The notes under the pieces: generated by a model
What the model saw: the letters and a program-made list of their open reading frames with translations, nothing else
Told to the model about the DNA's origin: nothing
Database searches by the model: none
NCBI RefSeq assembly: GCF_023055435.1
Contig: NW_025963857.1
Coordinates: 29,016,001 to 29,080,000 of the forward strand
Source: Haliotis rufescens
Taxonomy: Eukaryota
Direction: 5' to 3'
Length of the DNA stretch: 64,000 nt
Shown here: one piece after another, positions 40,175 through 54,600 of the stretch
How the letters are laid out: every line of letters starts with the position of its first letter
Numbering within the stretch: the first letter of the stretch is position 1
Translations under genes and position numbers: made by a program

Positions 40175-40310
40175 TTTCACCTTTACAGATACGGCAACAT
40201 GGACGAGAACACGGGACAGACAGCATCTCACTTCCTGAGTTAGGCCACCCAACACTGATAATCAAGTCACACGATGTTACTTGGCGTGAATGTATGCGGT
40301 CACGTGACAT
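40175..40310 (-). promoter_or_regulatory. Third cassette upstream of copy C
   Basis: Donor AAG|GTGAAA (40180), CACTTCCTG 40229-40237, perfect GTCACGTGAC 40299-40308. Confidence 0.6.
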
Positions 40311-41699
40311 ACTACCCCAATCAACTGTGAGCTGTCAGCAGATTATCATGTTGTGAGAGTTTATTTTGAAGAAACAAAATTGGAATGAGAAGTACATTGC
40401 TTCCTCCGCACCTCATTTGTGAAATTGATTTTGTGCCATGTTTATAAGATACTTTGTTTGGAATACGCATTAAAACATTTGCAATGTTCTATTATATAAC
40501 ACATGCAAAATATTCGTTTCTTGTTGCAATACATAGACTACAAACTTTACATAACACAGTTAAGACAGGACCTGTCACCTTACATCTGTATATGTTTAAC
40601 CTATGTTGAAATAAATACATACTTGACATGTCAAATAGACACTGACCTTTAATTACCTTCTTATATTTAGCAACATCACCGTTTTAAGAATAACTAAACA
40701 CATGCTTCAACTTGGAATTAATTATAAATGAACTAAAAACATAATCTGTCATCTGCGTTTAAGTGGTATCTTTACGACAGTTAAACATAGAAAAATAAAG
40801 GCAAAAGCTGACACTACTGATGTGATGTAAGTATTGATATACATTGAAGCAATAAGCTAAAATAATAGAGATACTTTAATAAGGTTCTTTAACGTGAGAT
40901 CGACGGTAGGTGTTGATATATCTTTGTGTTACGTCGTGCACGAGTGAAGCTTGAAACTAAATCGTTATTGATACTGTATGACCGTGTCCGATAAATGGAA
41001 TACTAGTATATATAGAGTAGACAAACTATCCTCGTGTCGTTTGGAATTTGTAAACAGTAGAAGTCATTGTCTTGGGTTAAAAAGTACATCTGACCAGTTT
41101 CAGTGGCAAAGTGATGAGTGTGTCATTTGATTTTTATGTCACTGTAACCAATGACGTCAGAATAGTTTCAAGAAATTCAATGATGCAATTTCATTGTAGC
41201 CATATTTCCTGGGAGATATCTCTTGATCTTCTCAGTGCTTAGCTATGCGATAATGTGACTGCCGCGATCTCCATCGCATACATTTCTCAAGTGATACACT
41301 GTATGAAAATGCAACTGTCACGATCTTCATGGCATATGTTTATTAAGTGATTCACTGTATCTAATGCAACTGTCGATATTGTATACATTATCCCTGGGGT
41401 TCAGTTTTACTGTAGCTGACACTATCACCATCATTTATTATTTCCCCCAGTGATTCACAATGAACATTAGCCATGCTGTCATGACATCCATGGAAAGCCG
41501 TTTACAGACAATCACCGACACATCCGGTATAGCACGTTTACTGACCCTACCTCCTGTTTTCATCGGTGCTTGGAGTATGCGATCTGTTGTTATTGGGACG
41601 CATGAGTGTGCATTTTGTCACAATATTCTGTTATTGTTTGCACCAAGTTGTTGTGATCTGCCATATGAGTGAATGTTCATACCGATTGTGATCCACTCG

Positions 41700-42160
41700 T
41701 CATGCTGAGCTGCAAAGGGTTAGTCCAGATTTTGAGAATACATGATGTTGGTGCACACGACGTTCACGGTCATCTCACAGATCAATCAGTAGGGTAGATG
41801 TTCGAGTTGGTAAAGGCAGCACCTTGATGTTCCCAGTTCCCATCAGGAACCACTGATACACTAGTTGTACGTGGGCAGCTTCATCCCATTAGGATTCAAA
41901 CTGGCGTCAAATCCTGCACATAAAGGATACCACGACTGAGCGCAAACTCACGGTAACGAGCATCTGTGAGACCGTCATCAAGGCGAATGAGGTCTGTTCT
42001 AGAGCTGTAGGTGATGCCAACAACCACCATACCAGTTTCACTGTCTATGTGACGCAGCTGGTATGGCTCATCCATATGAATAGTCGAGAAGGAACCTCTA
42101 TTTGTCAATGGACACGGTGTGACGCCAATGATGCAACTGCCTAACACTATGACGCCGTGC
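41700..42160 (-). mobile_element. Decayed Tc1-like fragment (paralogous to 59040-59370)
   Basis: GITYSSRTDLIRLDDGLTDARYRE resembles the Tc1 core; the same sequence followed by the same SINE recurs at ~59200. Confidence 0.55.
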
Positions 42161-44338
42161 CAAGAACGTTCGTAAACGTTGGGATTCCGGGTTAGAATTG
42201 GTCCCCAGCAACCCATGCGTACCACGTACAGGACTAGGTGGTCAGGCTCGCTGACTTGGGTGATGGATGTCAGCATATTCCAATTGCGTGGGCCGATGCT
42301 CATGTTATCAATCACTCGATTGTCTGGTCCAGACTTATTTACAGACCGCCGTCTTATTGCTTTTAATATTGCCAAGTGAGGCGTTAAAAAACACCAAAAA
42401 AATAGACATGTGTCCTCAGCAGTCATCTTGAAACTGGCTGGCCACCTTTTAATTCTGTAAATTGCAAACACGATGACGTACTATTCGATAACTCAAACGC
42501 CTGTGCGATGATGAGCGTAATGTAGCCTTTAACGCTAAGAGTGTTATGAGGCGGTTGTAAATTTACATTTACCACGATTGTGACGCATTTACATATGGAC
42601 AGTTTGCCTAAGCAAATTCCATTACAATTAACGCTTACTAATTGATTTATTGAGATCATCAGCAACTTATCGATGTGATTTCCATGACCTCCCTCGTATC
42701 ACGCCATTTTTGCACTTCCGTAAAGTACAGTTTCATGTACACTACTGTTTTCGAAACAACACTTTTCCTTAATTCTTTTATGCTACACGGCAATGCGTGA
42801 GTAAGAAATCATGGAAGTAAACATTTGCATGCATTTTCCATGCATTCGTTGCGTTTGAGTAGATTCAACATGGACTGTTCCAAATCACTCCTAATGCGAA
42901 CCCTTATTGGATTCGAGGTGATGTACTGGATTCGATGGTCCGAGTTGGTGCTTTGGCTTTGGGTCGTTGGTCATAATACTGGATTGGCTGGGCCGTTAAA
43001 CAATAAACGAACGAATATCCAGTTTAGTTTTGAAATTGAAAATATCAACCTCCTCCCGCTAATTCATATCCCTCTCATTAATATTTCCTGTTCCTGAAAC
43101 GCAACACTGGAGATCGAGTATCCATATCTTAGTCTTAGACGAGTAGCTTAATCAAATAATTAAAAATAGACAAAGGATAGTGTATTTCTGCCGCTTGTGT
43201 GATATGATAGAATTAGAGATATTTAAGCAACGGCCTGTGCTCACATCATCTCTGGGCCACAATATATCGGTTTAAACAGTTGTGGTTTACTGCTAGCTCT
43301 GCCCAAGCATGGCTCGGACATTTGCAAAGTTGACAATGAACCTCCATTCATTATTTAACACGGTGTGACGCCAATGACGCCAAAGACGCATGCCTAACGC
43401 CATGACGACGTACCCAATACGTTGTTAAATGTTCGTCATGTTTGTGATTCCAATCACTGGACAACATATGAAGACAACATGCAGAATTATGAATATTACA
43501 TGTTTCAGATGTATACCACGTACAAACGGTGTAAGGTATGGCGTTAATGGTAATATTGAGATTGTCATCTGACATAAACAGGGTTATCAATATGTGTATT
43601 TATATTTATATATATACTTATTTTATATTATATTCATTTTTATAACAAAAGACTTATTATTTTTTTAATACAAAGTGACATACATAGAATGATAGAAAGC
43701 GAAATCAGTCATACAATGACATATGTTGTTATTAGGTTACCCCTTAAACTGCTTCATCTGCTGCTTTATATTGCGACCACATATATTGTTCTGGTACCAA
43801 CTGTCCACGAGGCATAGGTGGTATCGGTGGACATTTCATTTCAAACTATGCACCGAGGTTCAAGAGATATATGGACATAAAGAAGAGGTAATAAACGTTA
43901 TGAACTATATAATAACCTTTAAAGGTTTATGTTTGGTCTAGGCTGATTATAATACCTAGAATTTGTTGTCAGGGAATTAGCGAGGGACTGCACACCTTAA
44001 AACAACCAACAGAAGCATCTTTTAGTGGCCAGTCTTTATTCGGTGTATATCATCAATCATTTACATATCACAATAAAACATAAGCAAAGTACAACCTAAA
44101 ACAATTAAAATATTAAAATTATGAATGAAACAGTTACAGTATAAATCTTACTGACAATGTATCGTACAATAAACAATTGCATTTTTAAACAAATGAAACG
44201 AAGACAATTTACATTTGGTTGAAAATAAAAAACATGTCATCTAGCGCAATTAAGGATTCTGTATTGTAAGTAAATAAGATAACTCTTCGGAAAGACATGT
44301 ACTACATGTGTAACCAATTACTAAAATAATCTCACATT

Positions 44339-44571
44339 ATCTTAGATATTTATGAATAACGTAATGATAAGCTTCACTTTAATACATCCAGCAGAAGATA
44401 ACTTAAACCGAATAATAAGAATACACATATATTAATAAATATCTTACCAATTACTAACATAATCATACATGATCTTTGATATTTATGAAGAACGTAATGA
44501 TAAGCTTTACTTTAATCCAACCTTACAGAATATAACTTAAACCGAATAATAAAAATACACAAATATTAATA
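44339..44571. repeat. Tandem duplication, ~133-bp period
   Basis: gatatttatgaa..cgtaatgataagctt..taacttaaaccgaataataa occurs twice. Confidence 0.85.
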
Positions 44572-46629
44572 TAAAATTTCAATCTTCTTGTTACATAATA
44601 TGACCACATGTTTTTATATCAAACTACCGTTAAAAACCAAAAGTCATATGCCGAACGGCATGTCATTGAATGTGTACAATGTATACATATAAAGACCTTA
44701 AGAATAATGAAAATATAGCAATACATGAGCAAATGAATAAAAGAACAAGTGTTATGTGCGCTCACGGGTTTTGCGTGTACAGTATGGTTACATCGCTGCA
44801 TAAGTAGGCTGTTTAAACATTAATTACATCCATGGTAGTTTGAATCATATGATTTGAACACACACAGTAATTTTTTAAAGGATACATTCATTTACATTTG
44901 ATTGCAAAAATTCAAAAATATATAAGATTGACAACAGGTGCACAAGAATTACTTTGCTTTCACGAGCCCGATTATGTGTAACTTTAATTTGCTGAACCAA
45001 TGTATGAACGTTATTATATTATATTTTACACTATTTTAATATACACCATATTGTTTTATTGTCTAGTGCTACATGATCTAACCTAACTATAATAATAACT
45101 TCACTTGTTACCTTAATCAATAATGCCTAATTTAAAATGTTGATTATATTCAAAGGACCTAAGCACATAGAAGGCAATAGAAAACAGATAAAAAGGAATA
45201 TAGTGAAAGAACATACAATATATATGAAGTGAACATGTCTTATCTTAAAACAACCAAGAGGAGCATCTATTAGTGGCCAGTCTTTCTTCGGTGTAACTGA
45301 TCAATGAGGTACCACGAATAAAGGCCGTTATTTATACCATCGTACTGATGTTTTTAGAGGTCATGATATGGTCGCATGTTCAATTATAACTAAGTTAAAC
45401 AATACCTACACAATACCTATCTGAATTTAGAGATTACCTCGCAATTTTGAAAGACATGAGTATGCAGAAATGACTAAAATCACATAAATAAGGTTTTCTC
45501 GGAGAGCTTGTTATCATGGAGTAATGTTTATTTCTCTCGCCAGACATTTAGTCTTAACGATTAGCACATAACGCTTAAAAAATGGATCTTGGGAATAAAG
45601 GCAACACCGACTGATTATAGACTTCGGGTGGAACACGAACGTAGTCTTAGCGCTTAATACATAATGTTTATCAACTAAAACTTGTGAATGAAAGCCGGCG
45701 TATATCAACGTCATATATCATATGACGCATTTTTGAACTATGATATGTGTATACAGCTGAAATATTGCTGAATGCAGCGTTAAAAATAACAAAACAAACA
45801 ACTCCTTCGTCATTGATCTGTCCCGATAATATTTTCGGTTGTTTTTTTAAATAAAAAACAAACTCGAGATAGATCTTTCACATCCTAGTTTTAGACTGAC
45901 AGTTTAGTCTAATAATAAAACAAATATAGACAATGTGAAGTACTGGCATCATTTATGTATTCGTTAGATAACAAAATCGAAGTCTGAGGGGAATACCTCT
46001 TCAAAATCCTTTTAAGGATATGTGTAAATGACTTGGGTTTAATGGTTCTTTGATCGTGAACAGTATAGTAGTTCTATCAACGCCAATGAGCCATGTCGCT
46101 CAAAACAACAATTAAATAATGCAAAAGAGAAAGGGGTTCGTACCATTCGTAATTTATTTATTCATAAGCTTATGCGATTATGTCCATTAGGCGTGCCACA
46201 ACCCCGTGTTAAGTCAGATCAAATCCCCGATTAGTACTAGTTATGATTTTTGTTTCGTCAGCGCTGAACACGTTCATGGGCAACAAACTGCCAAACGACC
46301 TGTATCGCTTAGGGCGTTCCTCCTATATGAAGCTGATATGCTGTGACATTGCGGTAATACTACTCAAAGAAGCGTTATACCAAACTCACTCCTCCACTCG
46401 CGTACATGGAACTGCGTATACATCGATGACAGCCAAATTGCAACAATTACATAAATATATCGATATCAGGTTGCGAGCGTGCTTCGACCGCGTCAATCAT
46501 TACTGTTACGATCAACCTTATATTACAATCCCTTATTGATACGCTATAGATCTGCAACTATTTTCGTAATTTTTATTTTTACACAATTGTATACCTCCTG
46601 TGATTTCTCATAGATACTTGCGCTTAATC

Positions 46630-47740
46630 TGTCACAAAGTCTTGTATACAATCTGTATGGTTCACAAGCAGGTTTTGCATACAGTAGTTTTCATCTTCCA
46701 CCAGTCAATTATATGATTCATTAATCTACTATTCAACTCTAAATACCTTCAGACACTGATTGCTGCTGGCATACAGCAGATCTTGTTCATCTAGGGAGAT
46801 ACCGCGAGGATTCTCTGTGCCATCATTTGTGAAAACATCTCTGACAAACTGCCCCGATTCTTGAATCACCTTGTGGGCGCTGCTGTCAACATACATGATT
46901 TCTCCTGAGCTGAGTTTTGTCTCCTGTGGGAGCGTAGGAGTTTTGTCTTAACTGGTCACATGAACAATGTTACTGCCCTTCCCTGACTATCACATTGGTA
47001 CTTCTCGTAACATGAATGTAAAATTGCTTCCTTGCCACACCTGTGTAAGTAGTGTCACTTTTATCTCCATTATGTCAACAGGAGTCAAACATGGTCTGTC
47101 ACAGTCTATCTTGCAACATCACACACGTGACTTAATAACTCTGACACAGTAAACTTTTTGCAAGGGAGGAGACCTCCTATAACTTAGCTCTTCAATTTGT
47201 CTGTCACGTGTCAAGAGAGCGCTGGATGATACTGGTCTCTTGTCCTCACTGTCTTCATCTGTGGACGCCACATCCATAAACTCATTACATACCTAACATG
47301 TAACACAGTGCCCGAACATTAATACACAACATATACACAGTAAACGACAAATACACAATGAGGATAATACCTGTACCACGACACTGTACCAGAACATTAA
47401 GTACACAACATATATACAATGAAACGATAAATACACGACGGGAAGCTATGGAAAGGGAATTAATGGTTGGGTAACATTTGGCTGATTGACAAAGAAGCAC
47501 AGCCACAAAACAAACTACAGTTGACACGTCTTCCGGTTTTCAACACAAATAACTTAAACGTATAGAACATTTAAGAAAAAGGTCGAAGTATCACAATGTG
47601 ACATTAAGTCTGCTATGACGCGTCATGGTGTCAATGGTTAGCACGTTTTGATACTACGACACACAGTGTAAATTCCCATCTTGCAATCTTTACAAAATAG
47701 TTTGATCTTCTCATCTTCATGAAATCTGATGTGCACAGAA
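46630..47740 (-). pseudogene. Fragmented relic of an A/C-type TRIM exon 2 (B-box2, linker, NHL and 3'UTR pieces)
   Basis: Nucleotide matches to A/C: 47660-47735 (B-box2, cf. gcaatctttacaaaa..tcttctcatc), 47220-47285 (ggtctcttgtcctcact), 46825-46940 (aacatctctgacaaactgccccga), 46638-46670 (gtcttgtataca..gtatgg, 3' flank); large deletions, no ORF. Confidence 0.8.
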
Positions 47741-47881
47741 AGTGACTCAATTAAATATTTAACGTCTTATTCGTTATACTCCAGAGAAGTAAAATGTAGA
47801 ATAGTAAAAGGCACCAGTTTAGCAGATGCCTAACGTAGTGAAGTTGTGATGTAGATTCTAACAGCTCTGTCAAGCAGGTGA

Positions 47882-49193
47882 TCACCTTTTAAACAAAAAG
47901 GAAAAATTAAATATGCCCGAACGATTCTTAACATCACCAAGGTTTAGGTTATTCAGTGTCAAAAATATTTCCTCATTCTGTCTGAATGAGATCCTGTGTC
48001 GGGTCGGTCTCTTTACATCCTTTTTCAATATTTTAATTTGATCTGTAGATGTAATATCTGCTTGCTTATATAGGGCATACATATCTTCATCGCAGTCTGA
48101 TGTAACAGCATTGGTTGTGATCTTTATCTGTTGTTGGTACATCTGAAGGTCAATCTCCTCTGATTGGATGAACCTGTTCCAGTTTTTAACATTGTCCTCC
48201 TCGAATCTGTCAACCTGGTCGAGTAGGAGTTGTTCTTTCCTCATAAGATAATGCACAGCTTCCCTGCGAACTTTTTGTATTTCACATCTCACAGAACTGG
48301 CATTTTCCGTTATCTTTTTTATTGAAGATTCTGCAGATGAAATATTGTCAGTTTTGAGTTTCATTTTGTCCTTCAGCTTCATTGTTTCTTTGGTCATGTG
48401 TTCTTTCACTAGTGTGGCCATACTATCTATGGTAACAACATCATCACATTTCCTGTGGTTTATGCTGCAGCATAAAGTACAAATTGGAATAGTACAGTCT
48501 TTACAAAAGAGCTCTATCTGTTTGTCTCTGTGGATTTTACACATGAAATGTCGTTTGCATTTTCCTTGGCCCTTCTTAGATAAATCTACCACTTCGTGAT
48601 CACTAGACAATGACATATTCCTGTGTACCTTGAGGCATCTATCACAGAAGCTGTCAGAACAAGTGGCACACCAGGACGTAGCAGGAGTAATCTCCCCTTC
48701 TCTTTTGCAAACCATGCAGCAATCAATACCTATATAGCACAAAATGAATATCTGAAAGTACTGTAATAACGTCTACGAGAGAAAGAGGAATATATACCAA
48801 TGCTTTTCAAACCCTTTCCTTCATTAGGTCAAACGTTACAATGTAGGTATATTAGAGATAATTGCAATGAAAAGGATATAAAGAATCCTACGGTAGTATA
48901 CCTCGGGCCTCTTCTCCAAAGTCGTCCATTAGCCCCTGTATGACGTGGCTTGGTTTCAGCTGACTGATCCATTCCTCTACTGGACTATCAGGGATGGCAA
49001 CCTTCGTCATTTGTCTACAGGAGGGACATCGGATGGACTTAGCTTGCGTTGCTTCAGTCTGTGTTTTGGTGTATTTCAGAAGACAGCACTTACAGAATGT
49101 ATGATTACACTGAAGTGTGGCAGGGTCTCTGAACACCTCCGTGCAAATGCCACAGGTGAGGTGGTTGTCTGTCAGCTTCTTAGCTGTGGCCAT
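47882..49193 (-). CDS. TRIM copy D (RING-Bbox-Bbox-coiled coil, no NHL domain); join(49193..48902,48729..47882), 379 aa
   Basis: 292-nt RING exon very similar to A/B/C, 172-bp GT-AG intron, open but much more divergent B-box/coiled-coil exon ending GDVKNRSGIFNFSFLFKR*. Confidence 0.8.
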
Positions 49194-49712
49194 TTCTGAT
49201 GGAAAGAAATTAACTGATTAGGCTATAACTTCAATACAAGTTTGTTCAAAAAATATTTTTGTTGTGGCATAAGCCCTAGTTCTGTTATTTTAAATATTGT
49301 CTCCATCATTTATTAATTTAATAGTCACCCCTTCCAAAAGGTAATGCTTGCTGACATCATAATTACCTTAAACAATACAGCAAATAAATCAAATCAATTT
49401 TATTCCTATTTTAATCTTGATCGATGAACTTAATGTGTTATTACAATGGCATCTCACAGATTTGTGTTGTATGCAATGGTTTACTTTGTCTTGGCCATTG
49501 TATCAGCTTTGTTCTTTTTGCAAAAGAAAGCTAGCAGCCGGTTACAGTTACACTGACATATTTGGACGGTATGACTATGTTACTTTTCTCCTTGAATATC
49601 ACTGTCTAATAATATAACATGTTACATATCATTATTAACGCTCATCTACACATTTCACAGAATCATAATAAACGTTTCGTGAAGTGATCCTATGATCTTG
49701 GCTGTACATTAA

Positions 49713-50040
49713 ATATCAATTTCGTTGCCCAAGGATCCTTCGAGGCCAGTGATGAAAACTGGTATTCAATGCATAATGCTTCTTTATACTCAAGGAACGG
49801 GTAGGTCTACCATAGTTGTAATTTTCAAACACAGCAACAAAAGAGTAGGTTCCGTTTTCCGGATACCTTCCGGAAACCTTCCCCCAAAATTGTCAAAATT
49901 TGTGGGGTGCATCTTGTTCAAATAAGTATGAAACATATTAAAAAATATTTGAATCCCGAAAGGTTTCCGGAATGTACCTGGGAGCAAATTGTCTTCCTGT
50001 TTTGTTTCTGGTAAATAATGTTAACCTGGGCATATCAGAT
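49713..50040. repeat. MITE-like nested inverted repeats
   Basis: ttccggaaacctt / aaggtttccggaa inner arms; tgccca.gg / cctgggca outer arms. Confidence 0.4.
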
Positions 50041-53000
50041 AGCTGTTGTAATATTCTGTGACATTTTAGTTTTAAGTATCCTCTGAGTGTACCACTAGGC
50101 TACAGACGCGCCGATAAATCACAATGCTTTTAAAGAATGTCTTTTTCATGTAAATGGATTATAAATATCAAAATATCATTTGCTTGGTAGTAGTAACATA
50201 TTTTAAGGGGATTTATTTGCTATAAATACATATTTTGGTGATTATCTGGTTCTCTTACATACCCCTATACACACCTCCGTGTCATTTCAGTTCCGTACCA
50301 CATACCTTTATTACATTAACAATTGATAACTGAACAAGAAAACATAGGTTGCTAGAAAAAAAATCGATTCCTCAAAATGTATTCACAACATTGAGATGAT
50401 GACGGTATACCACAAATCATCAACGAAAATATTTATAAGATTCGAACGAATAACATTGTATGTGGAAATTTGTAAAGGAAATCTCTCGATGAAAGCTATC
50501 GTTTACTGATTGGAAATTGTAATGTAATAAATATTTTGGGTGGTAAATTACCCTAATGAGGTATATATATTCAGGTTTATAGGAATGTCACTCCCACACA
50601 ATTACATTTATGTTATTCCAGCGCATACTTTGTACTCAGCAACATCTTTTTACAGTAGTTGATGAGATTGTATATCTTCTTTTTTTTCTGAACGAGCTTT
50701 GAATATTAAAGCTTGTTAGTTGTATAACGCGACACTAAGCAATATTCCACCTCGATGACGCGGGTAGAGTTATCCTTCTTGTTTGAAACAGTTCTCGTGT
50801 TCATACGCCAATATGAACCTTCGAGAGGGGCACGATTCTATATTCGGCATAACTCTAATATGCATATGCATAACTCACAAATACGTGATATATACAAACT
50901 TATTGATACGTTGTTTTCGGAAGTCAATTCACATATCACACATAGTTCAGCCAGAGACCATAAAACAGAGGGACATCCCTCCAGCCGCGAAACCGTCAGC
51001 GCTACGGCTTGTACTGCGCATCACAGCGGAAACGCGTTCACTGCGGTCATCGTTATCGTCATTTTTTTCTATGCTAAAGGATATATTTTAAAATATATAT
51101 ATATACGCTCATGTATTTCTAAACATTGTCAACATTACAACTGATACTTGTTGGTGCTCTGAAGCATATCGTTGTCATTGTATTCGATGAATGTGTTCAC
51201 GCTTTGTCTTAGTCTGAGTGAGCAATAATGGCGCACATGTAAAATCGTCAAAAGTGCAGACTGTGCTTTTCTATAACTGCCACTAATTCTCAGTGAACGT
51301 CCTTGGTTACCGAGGTGTATAAAAAGAAGATGTGTTAATGATTAGTTTAGTGCCATTAACAAATGGGGCGGTCGCGAAATTTCTGATTTTGACTCCAGAA
51401 ATGCAACTAAATCTGAATGTTTCTGAAATTATTTCTATTATCGGTCCTGAAATAAATATTTTTACATTCAGTCAGATTTACCCTTTTGCTTGGTACCAAA
51501 AATATTTAGGTGTTATTATTTATGATTTCAGTCATATATCTATAGTTAAATTACCATATCGAAGACGACATAACATGCATTTTGTCTGTGATTGTGATCA
51601 AAATATATCTTTTGAAACATTCTACAAAGTTTCTAATTTTTAGTGATATCGGAATTACAGTTTTGAAGATCTGTTTTTATTTTATTTTTACCATTGTATT
51701 CATCATCTCTTTGTAAGTTTAACATACCTATCAACTTTGTTTCAGTTAGGTTTCTATCACATGGCGCACTGAAGAAAACTGTACATATTTAGACGATCAC
51801 TATTTATGTTATTTTCTGTAGATTTTTTCTTTATTAATCATGGCTACAATTAATTTATCTTTTTATACCGTGTTAATATAAATTATAAGCTATATGATGT
51901 GGGTCTAAACACAATCATGATCAAAGTACTACTGACTTTGTGTATTAAGACAACAATGAAATCATCATACAGATAAAAAAAATCCATTGAAATATTTGTA
52001 TAATGAACTTATCTGGTGCCATGCTTGTTGAAGCTATACTGTTATACCCGAAAGACCTAATTATTCGTATTGCTGAACTATTCAAACTATTCGGCTATTA
52101 TTAAATAACGATGATTACAACCGTCGTCTGCAATCGAATTTATGAGTAGCCTCCCTTTAAAAGATTATCTCCTCCGGGAAATCACATGAAAAGCGCAAGC
52201 CCCAAACTGGCATTAACTGAAAACATTTGATTACTTGCGAAGGGCATTCTCGGTCACATCAGAAGTTCATTTAACAACGCTTTTAGTAAATGTTAGATTT
52301 TGATTCATTGCAACTATTAGAATTATTTACTAGTACAGAATTTACATGATATAAAGGCAAATGTTTTTTTCTGGCTAACAGTAAAGCATGTTCACCAGCC
52401 AGTGGACATGCATATCAGCAAGTAAATCTAGCCTGGATTTATTATATGATATGAAACTTATCTGGAGATATTTTTTGTGAACATCGGGAATATGGTTAAC
52501 TGTAACATCTGTCTTGCTTCAGTTTTATGTACAATTCCTGAGTTTACCGAATCGTATTTTTATGTGGAGTTCATTGCAGATTTTGTAACTTTGTTTATTT
52601 ATAATAGTTATACAATTGTATCATAAAATAATACATATTTCTGATATTCTTTAAAATAGAATAAATTGTTTAATTCTTTTGATATTGGATCGGTTATGCT
52701 TTTTTCTAAACATGTCCTCGAAAACCGTTACTGGTAGACAGTCGTCGTGTTTTCTTTTCCGATCTTTTCCTTTGATTGAAACTTTTTTGGAGATATTACC
52801 GACGACTTGTTAGCGGTAACATCGCTGTTATTCTCTTCAGACCAAGAGTCATCCGAAACCAACCCCTGGTAGTAGTGTGCGAATGAGAGATGAGACAAAA
52901 ATCATTGTAATCTGCTAGGAGTCGTCATTTTTTTGGATTTCGCTGGTGGTGATTGAAGCAATATCGGCTAAGGGAATGAACTCTAGCCCCGGATATGATG

Positions 53001-53347
53001 TTATATTGTTTACTTGGCTACCAGAATGGTTAGTTGCGAAAGTCTGTGCTTCTATTGCGCATCTGCAGCGGTACAGGGGGGGGGGGGGGGGGGGGGGGAG
53101 GTGTAACAGTAGGGTGTCGGGGTGTTACATACCAGACCGTAGCTGATGGTTTATGATAAACTGCTTCTTTATGGTCTCTGCTTCAACCTGCTGGACGGGG
53201 TTTTTGCAGTTACTTTCGTTATCGAAGGGCAATTTACCTCAAGTCTAACATATCTCAAATCTATGAGTCGTGTCATCACCTTTACGTGTTGGGTAGACTG
53301 ATTGCGAAAACAGAAGAATCAAGTTATTTTTCAACAGCGACCTAGTG

Positions 53348-53484
53348 TTTTACCTTTACAGATACTGCAACATGGACGAGCACCCGGGGTAGACAACGTC
53401 TTACTTCCCTGTTGTCGCCTCCCTGTATTGATGATCACGTGACATGATCAAGCCGTCGGGGAGAATGCATGTGATCACGTGATA
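53348..53484 (-). promoter_or_regulatory. Proximal cassette of copy D
   Basis: Donor AAG|GTAAAA (53353), ACTTCC core ~53403, TCACGTGA 53435-53442 and 53475-53482. Confidence 0.65.
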
Positions 53485-54600
53485 CGCGTACACTGTGACG
53501 CAGTTTCTCAGATCGATTGTAAGCTATCACATTGACAGAGGATATGTAGAGAAACAAGTTTTGAATTATAACTAGTACACTGCTCCCACTGCAGCTCATA
53601 TGTGAAGTTCGTTCTGAGCCATGTTCAGATAGTATGTAGGAAATATACAGTACACAGTAGAACGAATCATGTAAAGTCAAATTTATTTTGCAGTGCCCCA
53701 TTGTATCACACAATGAAATCGTTTCCTGCTGAAATACATAAACCGACAGACCGACATCAGGTGTTGATATATCTGTGTGTTTTGTATGGTCAGTGATACA
53801 GCATGGTCGTTTTTGCTTAAAAGAACCTCAAAATGCAATGTACATACAATACAGAATGTTATCCTCCAGTCTTTTGATATCAAATATTTCAACACTCGAT
53901 GAGTGCTGTATTTTATATATATTACCCATTGTAATTTTAATACAGCAAAATGAAGGCAAATATATGAAATGTTAACCCCAAACAAAAATTAATTTCACTG
54001 AAGTCTGCCTGTTGTTCAAATGTCGTATGTCATGTCATATTGTATATTAAGTTGTTTTCAACACTGGATCAACAGGAACTTTTTTTCAACACTGGATTCA
54101 CTGGAACCTTTGTTGCTGAGTATATATTTTGTATCTATACTAACCATAGTTGCTGAATGTATAAATGTTTCATAATTTTCCACCTGGCAATCCCCCCCCC
54201 CCCCCCAAATCGTCTGACTAAGATATGGCTTCAATACGAGTGTTTAAAATGAAAACAAATGTGATGGGACTTGGTATCTCCCATGCTCTATTCTCTATTT
54301 CACACGCTGTTTTCAAGTTAACTGTGACGTCAAAAGTCATGATACTCCATGACTTACGGTTTAGGCTTGCTGTGATCTTAATAGATGTTTTCAACGATCA
54401 CTTTACTATTTTGGTCTACCATATCCAGTGGTTATCCCGAGACAGATCAACAATAAGTCCCCGGTTATCGTTATCGTAGTGCAATTTACATTGATGTCGA
54501 CGATATCTTAAATCCATGAGTTGTTTCAACACGATTCGGTGTTGGGTAGAATATACGCGAAAAGAAAAGATTCAAGTTATATTTCATCAATGATCTGGTA

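Noticed and set aside
43995-45296. ~55-bp direct repeats (cttaaaacaaccaa..tagtggccagtcttt..ttcggtgta) as LTRs
   Set aside because: Too short, no TG..CA ends or internal coding remnants; likely an old local duplication
51170-53240. Possible DNA-transposon or gene relic in intron 1 of copy D
   Set aside because: No TIR, TSD or protein motif that I could verify by eye
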